From: an uncultured Muribaculaceae bacterium
Lineage (GTDB): Bacteria; Bacillota_I; Bacilli_A; RF39; UBA660
Direction of reading: 5' to 3'
NCBI GenBank assembly: GCA_964396655.1
Contig: CAYNFP010000001.1
Location: 70,773-134,772, forward strand
DNA length: 64,000 nt
The translations under genes were made by a program, and so were the position numbers. The notes beneath the pieces were generated by a model. That model saw only the letters and a list, made by a program, of their open reading frames with translations, was not told where the DNA came from and ran no database searches. Shown here piece by piece: positions 19,052 to 29,179 of this stretch. Within the stretch, counting starts at the first letter, position 1, and every line of letters starts with the position of its first letter.

Positions 19052-19172
19052 TAATATTATAAACTCAATCGAACTGATTTTAAGTCAGTTCGATTTTTTT
19101 TGATTTTTTTAAACCAATAATATATAAGTACATATTCCCATAATTTTAATATATTAAATAGTGGGAGGGTGA

Positions 19173-20027
19173 ATGGGAACTGCAATAAAAAAAATAGTAG
19201 TAATTGGAGGAGATATTAGATATTTATATTTAATAAAAAAATTTAAAGAGAACGGTTTTGATGTTGATTTATTAGGTTATGAAAAAACTATTATAGACGC
19301 TAATAAAATAACAATAGATGAATTAAATATAAGTAATTATGATTTTATATTATTTCCAGTATCAAGCATTAATGATGAAGGTACAGTTAAAGCCGAATTT
19401 AGTGATAAAGTAATCAATATATCTAATATTAATTTTAATCTAAAAGATAATGCCTATGTTATTACTGGTATTAAAACAAAATTTATGGAAAAATTAAATC
19501 TTAAAAATGTAATTTATTTTATGGAAGATGATGATACCGCTATATATAATTCAGTAGCTACAGCAGAAGGAGTAATTATGAAGATAATAGAAAATACTGA
19601 TTATACAATATATGGCTCTAATATTTTAGTGTTAGGATATGGCAGATGTGGTGAAATAATAGCTCGTTATCTAAAAAGTTTAGGAGCTAAAATATCGGTT
19701 TTAGTAAGAGATAATAAAAAATATGCTGAAACTGAAATACTTGGATATATTCCATATAAGACAAATGAATTAATTAAACATTTAGGGGAATTTAATATAA
19801 TTATTAATACTGTTCCTGATTTGATTTTAGATAAAGAAAAAATTGATTTAATAGATTCTAATGCTTATCTTTTAGATATTGCGTCTGTTAATGGTTTTGA
19901 TATCGAATATGCAAAAGAAAAAAATATCAAAGTTGAAAGATTTATGAGTATACCAGCGGTTGTTGCTCCTTTATCTGCTGCTCCAATAATTTTTAATAAA
20001 ATAAAAGAGGTGATTTTTAATGATTAA
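19173..20027 (+). CDS. dpaA: dipicolinate synthase subunit A
   Basis: 284 aa. N-terminal KIVVIGGDIRYL and a second Rossmann segment LVLGYGRCG. Overlaps the downstream flavoprotein-like dpaB. Matches the SpoVFA architecture. Confidence 0.75.
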   Translation: MGTAIKKIVVIGGDIRYLYLIKKFKENGFDVDLLGYEKTIIDANKITIDELNISNYDFILFPVSSINDEGTVKAEFSDKVINISNINFNLKDNAYVITGIKTKFMEKLNLKNVIYFMEDDDTAIYNSVATAEGVIMKIIENTDYTIYGSNILVLGYGRCGEIIARYLKSLGAKISVLVRDNKKYAETEILGYIPYKTNELIKHLGEFNIIINTVPDLILDKEKIDLIDSNAYLLDIASVNGFDIEYAKEKNIKVERFMSIPAVVAPLSAAPIIFNKIKEVIFND

Positions 20028-20592
20028 GATAGGTTTTGGTATAACCGGATCATTTTGTATGTTTGAAAAAGTGTTAAAGGGTTTAAAAGAATTAGTTGAT
20101 AATGATTATGATATATATCCTGTTGTTACTTTTAATACTAATAATATTAGTACGCGTTTTGGTAGTAATAAAGAATTTATTCAAAAGATTGAAGATATAA
20201 CAGGTAAAAAAGTGGTAAACACAATTGAAGGAGCAGAAACATTTGGTTCTAATAAAATGGATGTTTTTGTAATAATGCCAGCTACTGGTAACTTTATTGG
20301 AAAAATGGCTAATGGAATCATTGATAACCCTGTATTAATGGCAGCTAAAGCAACACTTAGAAATAATAATCCATTGTTAATAGGAATTTCTAGTAATGAT
20401 TCTTTAGGTTTAAATGGTGTTAATATTATGAAATTATATAATACAAAAAATATTTTCTTTATTCCTTTTTCTCAAGATGATTGTCTAAATAAACCAAATT
20501 CTTTAATAAGTCATTTTGATTTATTAATAGAATCTTTAAAAAAAGCTTTAGTTAAAGAACAGTTGCAGCCAATTATTAGAGAAAAGAAATAA
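20020..20592 (+). CDS. dpaB: dipicolinate synthase subunit B (flavoprotein)
   Basis: 190 aa. IGFGITGSFC flavoprotein-fold N-terminus. 8-bp overlap with dpaA. Confidence 0.75.
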   Translation: MIKIGFGITGSFCMFEKVLKGLKELVDNDYDIYPVVTFNTNNISTRFGSNKEFIQKIEDITGKKVVNTIEGAETFGSNKMDVFVIMPATGNFIGKMANGIIDNPVLMAAKATLRNNNPLLIGISSNDSLGLNGVNIMKLYNTKNIFFIPFSQDDCLNKPNSLISHFDLLIESLKKALVKEQLQPIIREKK

Positions 20593-20605
20593 GGAGGTGA
20601 TATAA

Positions 20606-21448
20606 ATGAAAATGTTAACCGCTATAATAACGCCTTTTAATGACGATAAAAAAGTTGATTATAAGGAATTATCAAAAATAGTAGATTATTTAATAGAAAA
20701 TAAAACGGATGGTTTGGTTGTACTAGGTACAACTGGAGAAAATCCAACATTAACTGAAAAAGAAAAAATAAAAATCGTTAAAAAAGTTATTAAAGTAAAT
20801 AAAAAAAGAGTTCCTATAATTGTTAATGTAGGAACTAATAATACTAAAGAAACGGTTATGTTTGCTAAAAAAATATGTAAACTAAATATATATGGTTTAA
20901 TGGTAGTAACTCCTTATTATAATAAACCTACAGAAAGGGGTTTATATGCTCATTATAAAGAAATAAATGATAATGTTAATAAACCAATTATGATATATAA
21001 TGTACCAAGTAGAACAGGTGTTAATATGACTAGTGATACAATTATAAAATTATCTGAATTAAAAAATATAAAAATGCTTAAATATGCTTATGATTCTAAA
21101 GAAGAGGTAAAAAAAATAGTAGAAAATTCTGATATTGAAGTATATAGTGGAGATGATGGAAATGTACTAAATTTTATGGAAGTTGGTGCTTTAGGAGTTG
21201 TGTCAGTATTATCTCATGTAATAGGTAAAGAATTTTATGATATTATTGAAAATAATGATAGAGAGAAATTAGATAAATATAAAGATTTAATAAAATTATT
21301 ATTTAAAGAATCAAACCCTATGCCAGTTAAATATATGATGAGTAAGTTAGGTTTTAAAAGTATGAATTTGAGGTTACCATTAGTAGAGATAAGTAATAGT
21401 CTAAAAAAAGAAATAGATGATTATTTTGAAAATAATATTATTATATAG
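20606..21448 (+). CDS. dapA: 4-hydroxy-tetrahydrodipicolinate synthase
   Basis: 280 aa. TAIITPF...GLVVLGTTGE motif of DapA/NAL-family aldolases. Confidence 0.85.
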   Translation: MKMLTAIITPFNDDKKVDYKELSKIVDYLIENKTDGLVVLGTTGENPTLTEKEKIKIVKKVIKVNKKRVPIIVNVGTNNTKETVMFAKKICKLNIYGLMVVTPYYNKPTERGLYAHYKEINDNVNKPIMIYNVPSRTGVNMTSDTIIKLSELKNIKMLKYAYDSKEEVKKIVENSDIEVYSGDDGNVLNFMEVGALGVVSVLSHVIGKEFYDIIENNDREKLDKYKDLIKLLFKESNPMPVKYMMSKLGFKSMNLRLPLVEISNSLKKEIDDYFENNIII

Positions 21449-21506
21449 AGGATATTCCTCTATATTTTTTTAAGACCTTCATAAAATACAATGTGGAGAT
21501 GATTAT

Positions 21507-23327
21507 ATGTGTGGCTTTGCAGGAATAGTTAACAACAGCAAAAATATAAAAAATAATAAAAAAGTAATAAGAAAAATGGTTAAAACTTTATCTCATAGAG
21601 GTCCTGATTCAACGGGATATTATTTTAACAATCATATTTTATTGGGGCATAAAAGATTAGCAATTATTGATATAGAAAAAGGTAAACAACCAATGTATTA
21701 TAAAAATTATGTTATTGTTTATAATGGAGAGTTATATAATACTGATGATATTAGAAATGGTTTAATAAAATTGGGATACACTTTTGATACTAAATGTGAT
21801 ACTGAAGTGGTTTTAAAAGCATATGTTCAATATAAAGAAAAAGCTTTAGATTTGTTAGAAGGTATTTATGCTTTTGCGATTTATGATGGTAAAAATCTGT
21901 TTATGGCAAGAGATAGATTAGGAGTAAAACCAATATTTTATTCAAAAGTAAAAAATAACTTTATTTTTGGATCGGAAATAAAATCAATATTAAAAAGTGA
22001 TTTAGTAAAACCAATTATTAATAAAAAATCACTTCAAGAAATTTTTGCTCTTGGTCCATCTAAAATACCAGGAAGTGGAATATTTAAAGATATCTATGAA
22101 TTAAAACCTGCTCATTATTTAATATACACTAATAATAAATTTAAAATAAAAAGATATTGGAATGTAGCTGATAAACAATTTAATGATACTTTTGAAGATA
22201 CAGTCAAAAATGTTAGAACTTTATTAGATGCTGCAATAAAAAGACAAATGATATCTGATATTGATATAGCAACTTTATTGAGTGGGGGATTAGATTCAAG
22301 TATTATTACTGCGGTTGTTAGTAACGAAATGCAAAAAGAAAATAAAAAACTTATTTCTTATTCAATTGATTATGAAGATAATAATAAATATTTTATTAAA
22401 AATGATTTTCAGGTTTCAGAAGATAATTATTATATTAATCTAATGACTACTAAATTTAATATTGATCATCAATATAAAATAATAAGTCAAGAAGAATTGG
22501 CAGATTCTTTAAAAGAAGGTATAAAGGCTAGAGATATTCCTGGTATGGCAGATATTGACTCATCACTTTATTTATTTAGTAAAGAAATAAAGAAAAATCA
22601 TACTGTAATATTAAGTGGTGAATGTGCAGATGAAATCTTTGGGGGATATCCCTGGTTTTATAAAGAAGAATTATTAAAAAGAAAAGGTTTTCCTTGGATA
22701 AGTAGTTTAAAGATGAGAAATGATTTACTAAATCCCAAATTAAAAAAAATATTAAAATTAGAAAAATTTGCTTTAAATGAGTATAAAAGAACCTTAAAAG
22801 AAGTGCCAAAGTCATTAAATAAAAAAGAACAAAAATATAAAGATTTATTTTATATTAACATGATATGGTTTATGGCAACTCTATTAGATAGGAAAGACAG
22901 AATGACTATGTATGCTTCGGTTGAAGCGAGAGTTCCCTTTGCTGATCATAAATTGATTGAATATTTATGGAATGTACCTTGGGAATATAAATTTTATCAA
23001 AATCAAGAAAAAGGGTTATTAAGAGAAGCTTATAAAGAATTATTACCAATTGAAATAACTAATAGAAAGAAAAATCCTTATCCTAAAACACATAATCCAA
23101 TATATACTAATTTAGTATGTAATTTATTAACTAAAAGTCTTAAAGATAAAGATTCTATTTTATATAAAATATTTGATATAAATAAAATAAAAGAATTAAT
23201 TAATACTAAAGGTGATAACTTTAAAACTCCTTGGTTTGGCCAATTAATGACTGGTCCTCAGTTAATTGCATATTTATATCAATTTGATATTTGGGCTAAA
23301 AAATATAAAGTTATATTAAAAATATAA
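21507..23327 (+). CDS. asnB: asparagine synthase (glutamine-hydrolysing)
   Basis: MCGFAGIV with N-terminal nucleophile Cys2. SGGLDSS PP-loop. Confidence 0.9.
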   Translation: MCGFAGIVNNSKNIKNNKKVIRKMVKTLSHRGPDSTGYYFNNHILLGHKRLAIIDIEKGKQPMYYKNYVIVYNGELYNTDDIRNGLIKLGYTFDTKCDTEVVLKAYVQYKEKALDLLEGIYAFAIYDGKNLFMARDRLGVKPIFYSKVKNNFIFGSEIKSILKSDLVKPIINKKSLQEIFALGPSKIPGSGIFKDIYELKPAHYLIYTNNKFKIKRYWNVADKQFNDTFEDTVKNVRTLLDAAIKRQMISDIDIATLLSGGLDSSIITAVVSNEMQKENKKLISYSIDYEDNNKYFIKNDFQVSEDNYYINLMTTKFNIDHQYKIISQEELADSLKEGIKARDIPGMADIDSSLYLFSKEIKKNHTVILSGECADEIFGGYPWFYKEELLKRKGFPWISSLKMRNDLLNPKLKKILKLEKFALNEYKRTLKEVPKSLNKKEQKYKDLFYINMIWFMATLLDRKDRMTMYASVEARVPFADHKLIEYLWNVPWEYKFYQNQEKGLLREAYKELLPIEITNRKKNPYPKTHNPIYTNLVCNLLTKSLKDKDSILYKIFDINKIKELINTKGDNFKTPWFGQLMTGPQLIAYLYQFDIWAKKYKVILKI

Positions 23328-23384
23328 TTTTTTTTATTTTAAAATATATATTTAAAATGTTAAAATATAATTGGAGATGATTTT

Positions 23385-24188
23385 ATGATATATTATGAAA
23401 AAAATATTTTTAATAGAATTAACAAATGGTCTGATAACACAATTCATATATTAACAGATTTTGATAAAACAATTACAGTTGGAAATAGTGATAGTTCTTG
23501 GAGTATTTTATCAAAAAGCAACTTAGTTCCAAAGGAGTATGTAATAGAAAGACAAGAATTATTTAATCATTACAGACCAATAGAGACAGATGAAACTTTA
23601 AATTATGCTGAAAAAAACCAACTAATGACAGAATGGTGGAATAAACATATTAATTTGTTTGTAAAATATAAATTGTCAGAAACAGTTATTATTGAAGCAG
23701 CTAAAAATTTAAAAGTCATGTCATTTAGAGAAGGCGCAAAAGAATTTTTGGAAAACATGAGGAATAGAAATATCCCAGTAATTATTATTTCTGCCGGAAT
23801 CGGAAATTTTATAGAACAATTTCTAATAAAAAATAATTGTAATTTTGAAAATATTCATATTGTTTCAAATTTTATAAAATTTGAAAATGGTATTGCTGTT
23901 GGAGTATCTGAAAATGTAATACATTCACTAAATAAGAACGAAGTATCAATACCAAAGAATATTCAAGAAGAACTTAAGGATAGAGGAAATATAATTTTAT
24001 TGGGTGATTCAATTTCTGATATTAAAATGGTTAAGGAAAAAGATAAAGATAATGCACTAAAAATAGGTTTTTTAGATGAAAATATAGATGAGAAGTTAAA
24101 TGATTTTAAAGATATTTTTGATGTTGTTTGTACTAATAATACATCTTATATAGAATTATTTAATGAAATTTCTATTTTAAATAAATAA
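23385..24188 (+). CDS. HAD-superfamily hydrolase, cytosolic 5'-nucleotidase III (UMPH-1)-like
   Basis: Motif I LTDFDKT. 267 aa with a cap-domain size typical of the cN-III-like family. Confidence 0.45.
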   Translation: MIYYEKNIFNRINKWSDNTIHILTDFDKTITVGNSDSSWSILSKSNLVPKEYVIERQELFNHYRPIETDETLNYAEKNQLMTEWWNKHINLFVKYKLSETVIIEAAKNLKVMSFREGAKEFLENMRNRNIPVIIISAGIGNFIEQFLIKNNCNFENIHIVSNFIKFENGIAVGVSENVIHSLNKNEVSIPKNIQEELKDRGNIILLGDSISDIKMVKEKDKDNALKIGFLDENIDEKLNDFKDIFDVVCTNNTSYIELFNEISILNK

Positions 24189-24220
24189 AATTAAAACAAG
24201 AATTATTTCTTGTTTTTTCT

Positions 24221-24697
24221 TTATAATTTATTTTCATGAGGATTAACTTGTTCTAATTTTAATGAAAGTGGACACATATATAAATTATTTGCTTGAGGAT
24301 TATCTGAATAAGGAATGCCAACAACTTCAAATCCGTTTTTTAAAAGAGTTTTGTGTGAAGATAAATTATACCCTCTTGCATGTGCATACATACATTTAAA
24401 GTCAGCATATTTCTCTTTAGCCGCTGTTAATAAACTTGAACATATTCCTCTTTTTCTATAATTTTCATCAACAGCCATTTGATAAACATAAGGTTCAGAC
24501 TCAGCCATAACAATTGATAAATAACCAACTACTTTACCGTCCTCAATAGCCAAAAATAAGTTTTGAGAATGTTTTGTAAGCCCCAAATAATTAAGAGTTC
24601 CACCATTACTTCTATAATTGGCTTCAGCTATTTCTTCACATTCTTTACAATATTTTACAAATTTCAAATCACATTTATTAGTTATTTTTATTTCCAT
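24221..24697 (-). CDS. GNAT family N-acetyltransferase
   Basis: RKRGICSSLL motif A. 158 aa. The only minus-strand gene in this stretch. Confidence 0.7.
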   Translation of the reverse strand: MEIKITNKCDLKFVKYCKECEEIAEANYRSNGGTLNYLGLTKHSQNLFLAIEDGKVVGYLSIVMAESEPYVYQMAVDENYRKRGICSSLLTAAKEKYADFKCMYAHARGYNLSSHKTLLKNGFEVVGIPYSDNPQANNLYMCPLSLKLEQVNPHENKL

Positions 24698-24808
24698 ATA
24701 TAAAACTCCTTTTCTTAAATTATATCATATTTTTAATAAACAAAAAAATTTATAAAATTTATTATGTTATAATAAAATATATAGTTATTATAAATTTTGG
24801 AGGTTAAA

Positions 24809-25297
24809 ATGGTTATTAATTATTCTGATGAAGAAGTTATTAAAGGTAAAAAGTCTGTATTTCTTGCTGGACCAACACCAAGAGGTGAAAATGCTGTCTC
24901 ATGGAGAACTGAGGCTTGTGAAATATTAGAAGAAATAGGTTTTGATGGAGTCATTTATGTACCAGAATATTCAACTTGGAAACCCAAAGAAGATTATGTT
25001 GATCAAGCAATGTGGGAAAGAGAAGCATTAACTGAAGCAACAATAATATTATTTTGGATACCACGAAGTTTGCCTGATATGCCCGCATTTACAACTAACG
25101 TTGAATTTGGATACTGGTTACATAGTGGTAAAGTTATTTATGGTAGACCGGATAATGCTGTAAAAATAAAATATTTAGATTGGTTATATGAATTAGAATA
25201 TAATGAAAAACCAATTAATGATTTAAAATTATTATTAGAAAATGCTATTAATTTGACAAATGAAAAAAGTCAAAATCGAAGAATAAGGAATACTTAA
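24809..25297 (+). CDS. nucleoside 2-deoxyribosyltransferase-like protein
   Basis: VFLAGPTPRGE...W glycosyl-transferase-fold N-terminal motif. The ATG at 24809 follows a GGAGGT RBS. ORF track lists a TTG at 24797. Confidence 0.45.
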   Translation: MVINYSDEEVIKGKKSVFLAGPTPRGENAVSWRTEACEILEEIGFDGVIYVPEYSTWKPKEDYVDQAMWEREALTEATIILFWIPRSLPDMPAFTTNVEFGYWLHSGKVIYGRPDNAVKIKYLDWLYELEYNEKPINDLKLLLENAINLTNEKSQNRRIRNT

Positions 25298-25314
25298 AAT
25301 ATTGGAGTGTTTAT

Positions 25315-25986
25315 ATGATAAAAAATATTATATTTGATGTTGGAGGAGTCCTTGCTAATCCTAAAAGTGGTCATTGGTTTATTACTAATAATTTTTATTC
25401 TATAATAGATAAAAATTTAATTAATGAAGATAAATTAAATATGTGTTTAAAAGATAATCTTTATTTACATACTCAAGAACCCAAAAATGAAAAAGAAGAA
25501 TATGAAATGTTTTCAAATTATTATTATAAAGTTTTATCTGATATTAATTATCCTAATTTAAATAGAGAGATAGCTAATAAACTTGCTAATGATTGTGTAT
25601 ACAATGATGAAAAGTTTACATTTTATAATGATGTAAAAGAAAGTCTTGAGCGTTTATCTAAAAAATATGATTTATATATTATATCAAATGGATGGCCTTC
25701 ATCATTAAGAGTGTTACATAACGTTGGCATAGATAAATATTTTAAAGGAATAATTATATCTTCAATGTATTCAACTACAAAAGAAGAAAGTTTATTCGAT
25801 ATATTTTTGGAAAAATATAAAGTAAATCCAAAAGAAAGTATTTATATAGATGATAGAAATCATATATTACAAAAAGCAAATAAATATGGTTTCAAATTAT
25901 TTTATATGAATAGAAAAAATAAAATTAAATCTTTTATATTTAAAACAATTTATAATTTAAACCAATTAATTAAATCTAGTAATTAA
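25315..25986 (+). CDS. HAD family hydrolase
   Basis: IIFDVGGVL motif I (DxG). Confidence 0.7.
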   Translation: MIKNIIFDVGGVLANPKSGHWFITNNFYSIIDKNLINEDKLNMCLKDNLYLHTQEPKNEKEEYEMFSNYYYKVLSDINYPNLNREIANKLANDCVYNDEKFTFYNDVKESLERLSKKYDLYIISNGWPSSLRVLHNVGIDKYFKGIIISSMYSTTKEESLFDIFLEKYKVNPKESIYIDDRNHILQKANKYGFKLFYMNRKNKIKSFIFKTIYNLNQLIKSSN

Positions 25987-26073
25987 ATTAACTAGATTTT
26001 TTTTGTTATAAATATTTTATTAATATAAGATTAAATATAAAAATTTTGAACAGACTAGTTTTAGGTGATTAAT

Positions 26074-27549
26074 GTGAAATCTATTTGGATGAAAGATTAT
26101 GTAAACAAAAATTTACCAATTATAAATAAAAACTTAGATACTCCAATTTTGATAATAGGTGGTGGAATATCTGGATTAATATGTGCCTACAATTTAATGA
26201 AAAATAACATTAAATTTATTTTAGTTGATGCAAATAAATTAGCTATTGGAGTTACTGCTAATACAACTGCGCAAGTTAGTATAGCTCATGATAATTTATA
26301 TGATGAAATATCAAAAAAACACGGAGAGGAAGCGGCTATATCATATTTAGAATCACAAATGGAAGGATTAAATTTAATAAAAGAAATAATAAAAAAAGAA
26401 AATATAAATTGTGATTATAAAGAAGAAAGTACAATACTATGCGCAAATGAGGAAAAAAATATTGAAGTAATAAATAAACAATATGATATTCTTGAAGATG
26501 CTAACGTAAAACTGTTGAATTCAAATAATGATGTTTTTCCTTTTAAAAAAGGCCTTGAGTTTAAAAATCAATTTATATTTAATCCTATAAAATATGTTAT
26601 GAATATTATAGATATATTAATAAAAAATAAAATATCTTTATATGAAAATTCTAAAGTAACTAAAATTAATAAGTTAGAAAATGTTTATGAAGTAATAATA
26701 AATGGTAAATATAAAATAAATACTAATAAAATAATTATGGCTTGTCATTATCCTTTTTTGAATCCTGATAATTTATATTTTGCTAAAATATATCAAAGTA
26801 AATCGTATGTAGTTACTTTTAAATCAAAATTAAAATTAAAAGCTAATTATGTATCTTTAGATAATCCTTATTATTATATTAGAACATATGATGATTCAAC
26901 CTTAATGATAGGAGGTTGTGATCATTTAACTGGAAAAGAAGTTAAAGGAAAAGAATGCTATGATACATTAATAAATAAAATATATGAATTAGATAAAAGT
27001 GCGGTAATACGTGATAAATGGTTTACAGAAGATTGTATGGTTATTGACTCTCTTCCTTTTGTGGGAAAATATTCAAACAAAAACCCTAATATAATTTTAG
27101 TTACAGGATTTCAAAAATGGGGTTTTACAAATGCTCATATTGCGGCTAAAAATATTACAAATATTCTTAAAGAAAATAATTATGATAATCTTTATAAAAC
27201 AAATAGATGTTCATTATTTAAAGGTTTAAAATCAACTTTTAAAATGGTAGATAATAGTATAAATGGTTTATTATTAAGTAAACTATTTATTAAAGATTTT
27301 GATTTAGACAAAATAGAAATTGGTAGTGGAAAAGTTACAAATTATAAAGGTATAAATGTATTAGTGTATAGAGAAGGTAAAAATAAATATATATTTTTAA
27401 AAAATAAATGTACTCATATGGGATGCTCTTTAATATGGAATGATGCTGATAAAGTATGGGAATCTAAATGCCATGGCTCAATTTTTGATAAATATGGAAA
27501 AGTTATATATGGCCCCGCCATAAAAGATTTAGAAATAATTAAATTTTAA
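26074..27549 (+). CDS. FAD-dependent oxidoreductase fused to a C-terminal Rieske [2Fe-2S] domain
   Basis: N-terminal GGGISGL dinucleotide-binding motif. C-terminal CTHMGC...CHGSIFD Rieske ligands. Likely a GTG start at 26074. Confidence 0.65.
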   Translation: MKSIWMKDYVNKNLPIINKNLDTPILIIGGGISGLICAYNLMKNNIKFILVDANKLAIGVTANTTAQVSIAHDNLYDEISKKHGEEAAISYLESQMEGLNLIKEIIKKENINCDYKEESTILCANEEKNIEVINKQYDILEDANVKLLNSNNDVFPFKKGLEFKNQFIFNPIKYVMNIIDILIKNKISLYENSKVTKINKLENVYEVIINGKYKINTNKIIMACHYPFLNPDNLYFAKIYQSKSYVVTFKSKLKLKANYVSLDNPYYYIRTYDDSTLMIGGCDHLTGKEVKGKECYDTLINKIYELDKSAVIRDKWFTEDCMVIDSLPFVGKYSNKNPNIILVTGFQKWGFTNAHIAAKNITNILKENNYDNLYKTNRCSLFKGLKSTFKMVDNSINGLLLSKLFIKDFDLDKIEIGSGKVTNYKGINVLVYREGKNKYIFLKNKCTHMGCSLIWNDADKVWESKCHGSIFDKYGKVIYGPAIKDLEIIKF

Positions 27550-27551
27550 AA

Positions 27552-27580
27552 AAAGCACTTCAAAGTGCTTTTTTAACTTT
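27552..27580. terminator. bidirectional terminator between convergent genes (AAAAAGCACTTCAAAGTGCTTTTTT)
   Basis: Perfect hairpin flanked by an A-run and a T-run. Confidence 0.6.
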
Positions 27581-28119
27581 TATGTTAAAGTTATTTCACC
27601 AGTTCCAATTGGTAATCCATCATAGTTAACATCAGTTAAATTTACAGTCCTATTTGCTGCTGGAGTATTTTCCACTTCAACTGTTTTTGTACTTGTTGTT
27701 AATGAGGTACTCGTTAATGTAGAAACAAATTCATGATCTCCATCTGATTGAGTCTGTTTATAATATACGAGTGGTGCATCAGTGTCAGCATAAGGTACAT
27801 AACCAAAATCTGCATCACCATTTTCATCTGTTGTTATTTCATCTCCATAAGTTGTTCCGGCAGAATCACAACGCGCAAATTTGGCTCCTACTACTGCAGT
27901 TCCTTCAGATGTTCCATCTTCTGTTACGTGCATAGTTAATGTACCGGTAGCGGCTATTGTAAAGTCATAAGTATTAACACCTTCTGTTATTGTTGGATTA
28001 ATTGGTAATACCGATAAGTTGTTGTAACCATTAACAGAAGCAGTTGTATCATAACTTCCATTAACCATTGCTTTTGTTCCGGTACCGTTTGTTATATTTA
28101 TTACATATGGCGCGGCCAT
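27580..28119 (-). CDS. Thr/Gly/Asp-rich hypothetical protein
   Basis: 179 aa with locally elevated GC and low-complexity T/G-rich composition. No signal peptide. Confidence 0.45.
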   Translation of the reverse strand: MAAPYVINITNGTGTKAMVNGSYDTTASVNGYNNLSVLPINPTITEGVNTYDFTIAATGTLTMHVTEDGTSEGTAVVGAKFARCDSAGTTYGDEITTDENGDADFGYVPYADTDAPLVYYKQTQSDGDHEFVSTLTSTSLTTSTKTVEVENTPAANRTVNLTDVNYDGLPIGTGEITLT

Positions 28120-28484
28120 AATAAAATTTCTCCTTTCAATATTGATAGATTATTATAATTTTTATCTATCAATTTAAAGGTAATTTGGTGTGAGGCAGTA
28201 TAAAAATATTTATAAAAATCAAAATATAAAATATTTGAAGTATTTATTTTTAATTTCAATACTTTGAAAATAATCATAGGTAATAATTTATCATTTGTTT
28301 TTACAATAATTTTATATAAACCCGTACAAGGTATTTTAAAATCAACTATTTCATTTGAAAAAATATACTTGTTTAAAATTAAATTATCTTTTGTATCATA
28401 TACTTTTACATAAAAATTAAATGTATTTATACTATTAAAAACTCTACATTTAATTTTATTATTATTCATTAATATCACATCCAA
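28101..28484 (-). CDS. hypothetical protein
   Basis: 127 aa. 19-bp overlap with the downstream gene. Confidence 0.35.
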   Translation of the reverse strand: MDVILMNNNKIKCRVFNSINTFNFYVKVYDTKDNLILNKYIFSNEIVDFKIPCTGLYKIIVKTNDKLLPMIIFKVLKLKINTSNILYFDFYKYFYTASHQITFKLIDKNYNNLSILKGEILLWPRHM

Positions 28485-28629
28485 TTACCATTTATTATAT
28501 TTTATGAATTATAAAAAAACGAATTATTATAAATAAATTATATTAAATTGAAAAAAGTAAAAAAAAATTGTATAATTAATGCAATAAAATAAGCTTCTAA
28601 AACGTTATTTTATTGTAAGAGGTGATAAT

Positions 28630-29169
28630 ATGAAGTTAATTAATTTATCGTTAATATCCGGAATTGATGATTCATTAATTAATAGAATTGCAAAAGAAGA
28701 TAGTAAAGCTTTTGGAGAACTTTATATTAAAACCAAAAAAGTAGTTTTCAGTATTGCTTTTTCTATAACAAAATCTCCTAGTGATTCAGAAGATATAACT
28801 CAAGAAGTTTTTATAAGAATTATGGAAAATGCAAAAAATTATCAAAATAATGGAAAACCTCTTGCGTGGATTTATACAATTACTAGGAACTTAGCAATAT
28901 CAAATATTAGGAAAAATCAAAATAAAATAGACATAAATGATATTGATAATGATATAAGATTTTCTAGTATTGAAGATCCAACGGACAAGCTTATTTTAAA
29001 ATCAGCGCTGGAAATATTATCTGAAGAAGAACTCAATATAGTTTTACTACACAATTCTGGAGTTAAGCATAAAGAAATAAGTCAAATTCTGGAAATGCCA
29101 CTATCTACAATTTTATCAAAATATAACAGATCATTAACAAAAATGAAAAATTTTTTGAATGAAAGATAA
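28630..29169 (+). CDS. sigma-70 family RNA polymerase sigma factor (ECF-like)
   Basis: Region 2 (DITQEVFIRI...WIYTITRN) and a region 4 HTH (HKEISQILEMPLSTILSKYNRSL). Confidence 0.8.
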   Translation: MKLINLSLISGIDDSLINRIAKEDSKAFGELYIKTKKVVFSIAFSITKSPSDSEDITQEVFIRIMENAKNYQNNGKPLAWIYTITRNLAISNIRKNQNKIDINDIDNDIRFSSIEDPTDKLILKSALEILSEEELNIVLLHNSGVKHKEISQILEMPLSTILSKYNRSLTKMKNFLNER

Positions 29170-29179
29170 GGAGGAGATT

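Noticed and set aside
27748-27939. 63-aa + strand ORF inside the Thr/Gly-rich minus-strand gene.
   Set aside because: Cys/Ile-rich antisense artifact of a GC-elevated coding region.
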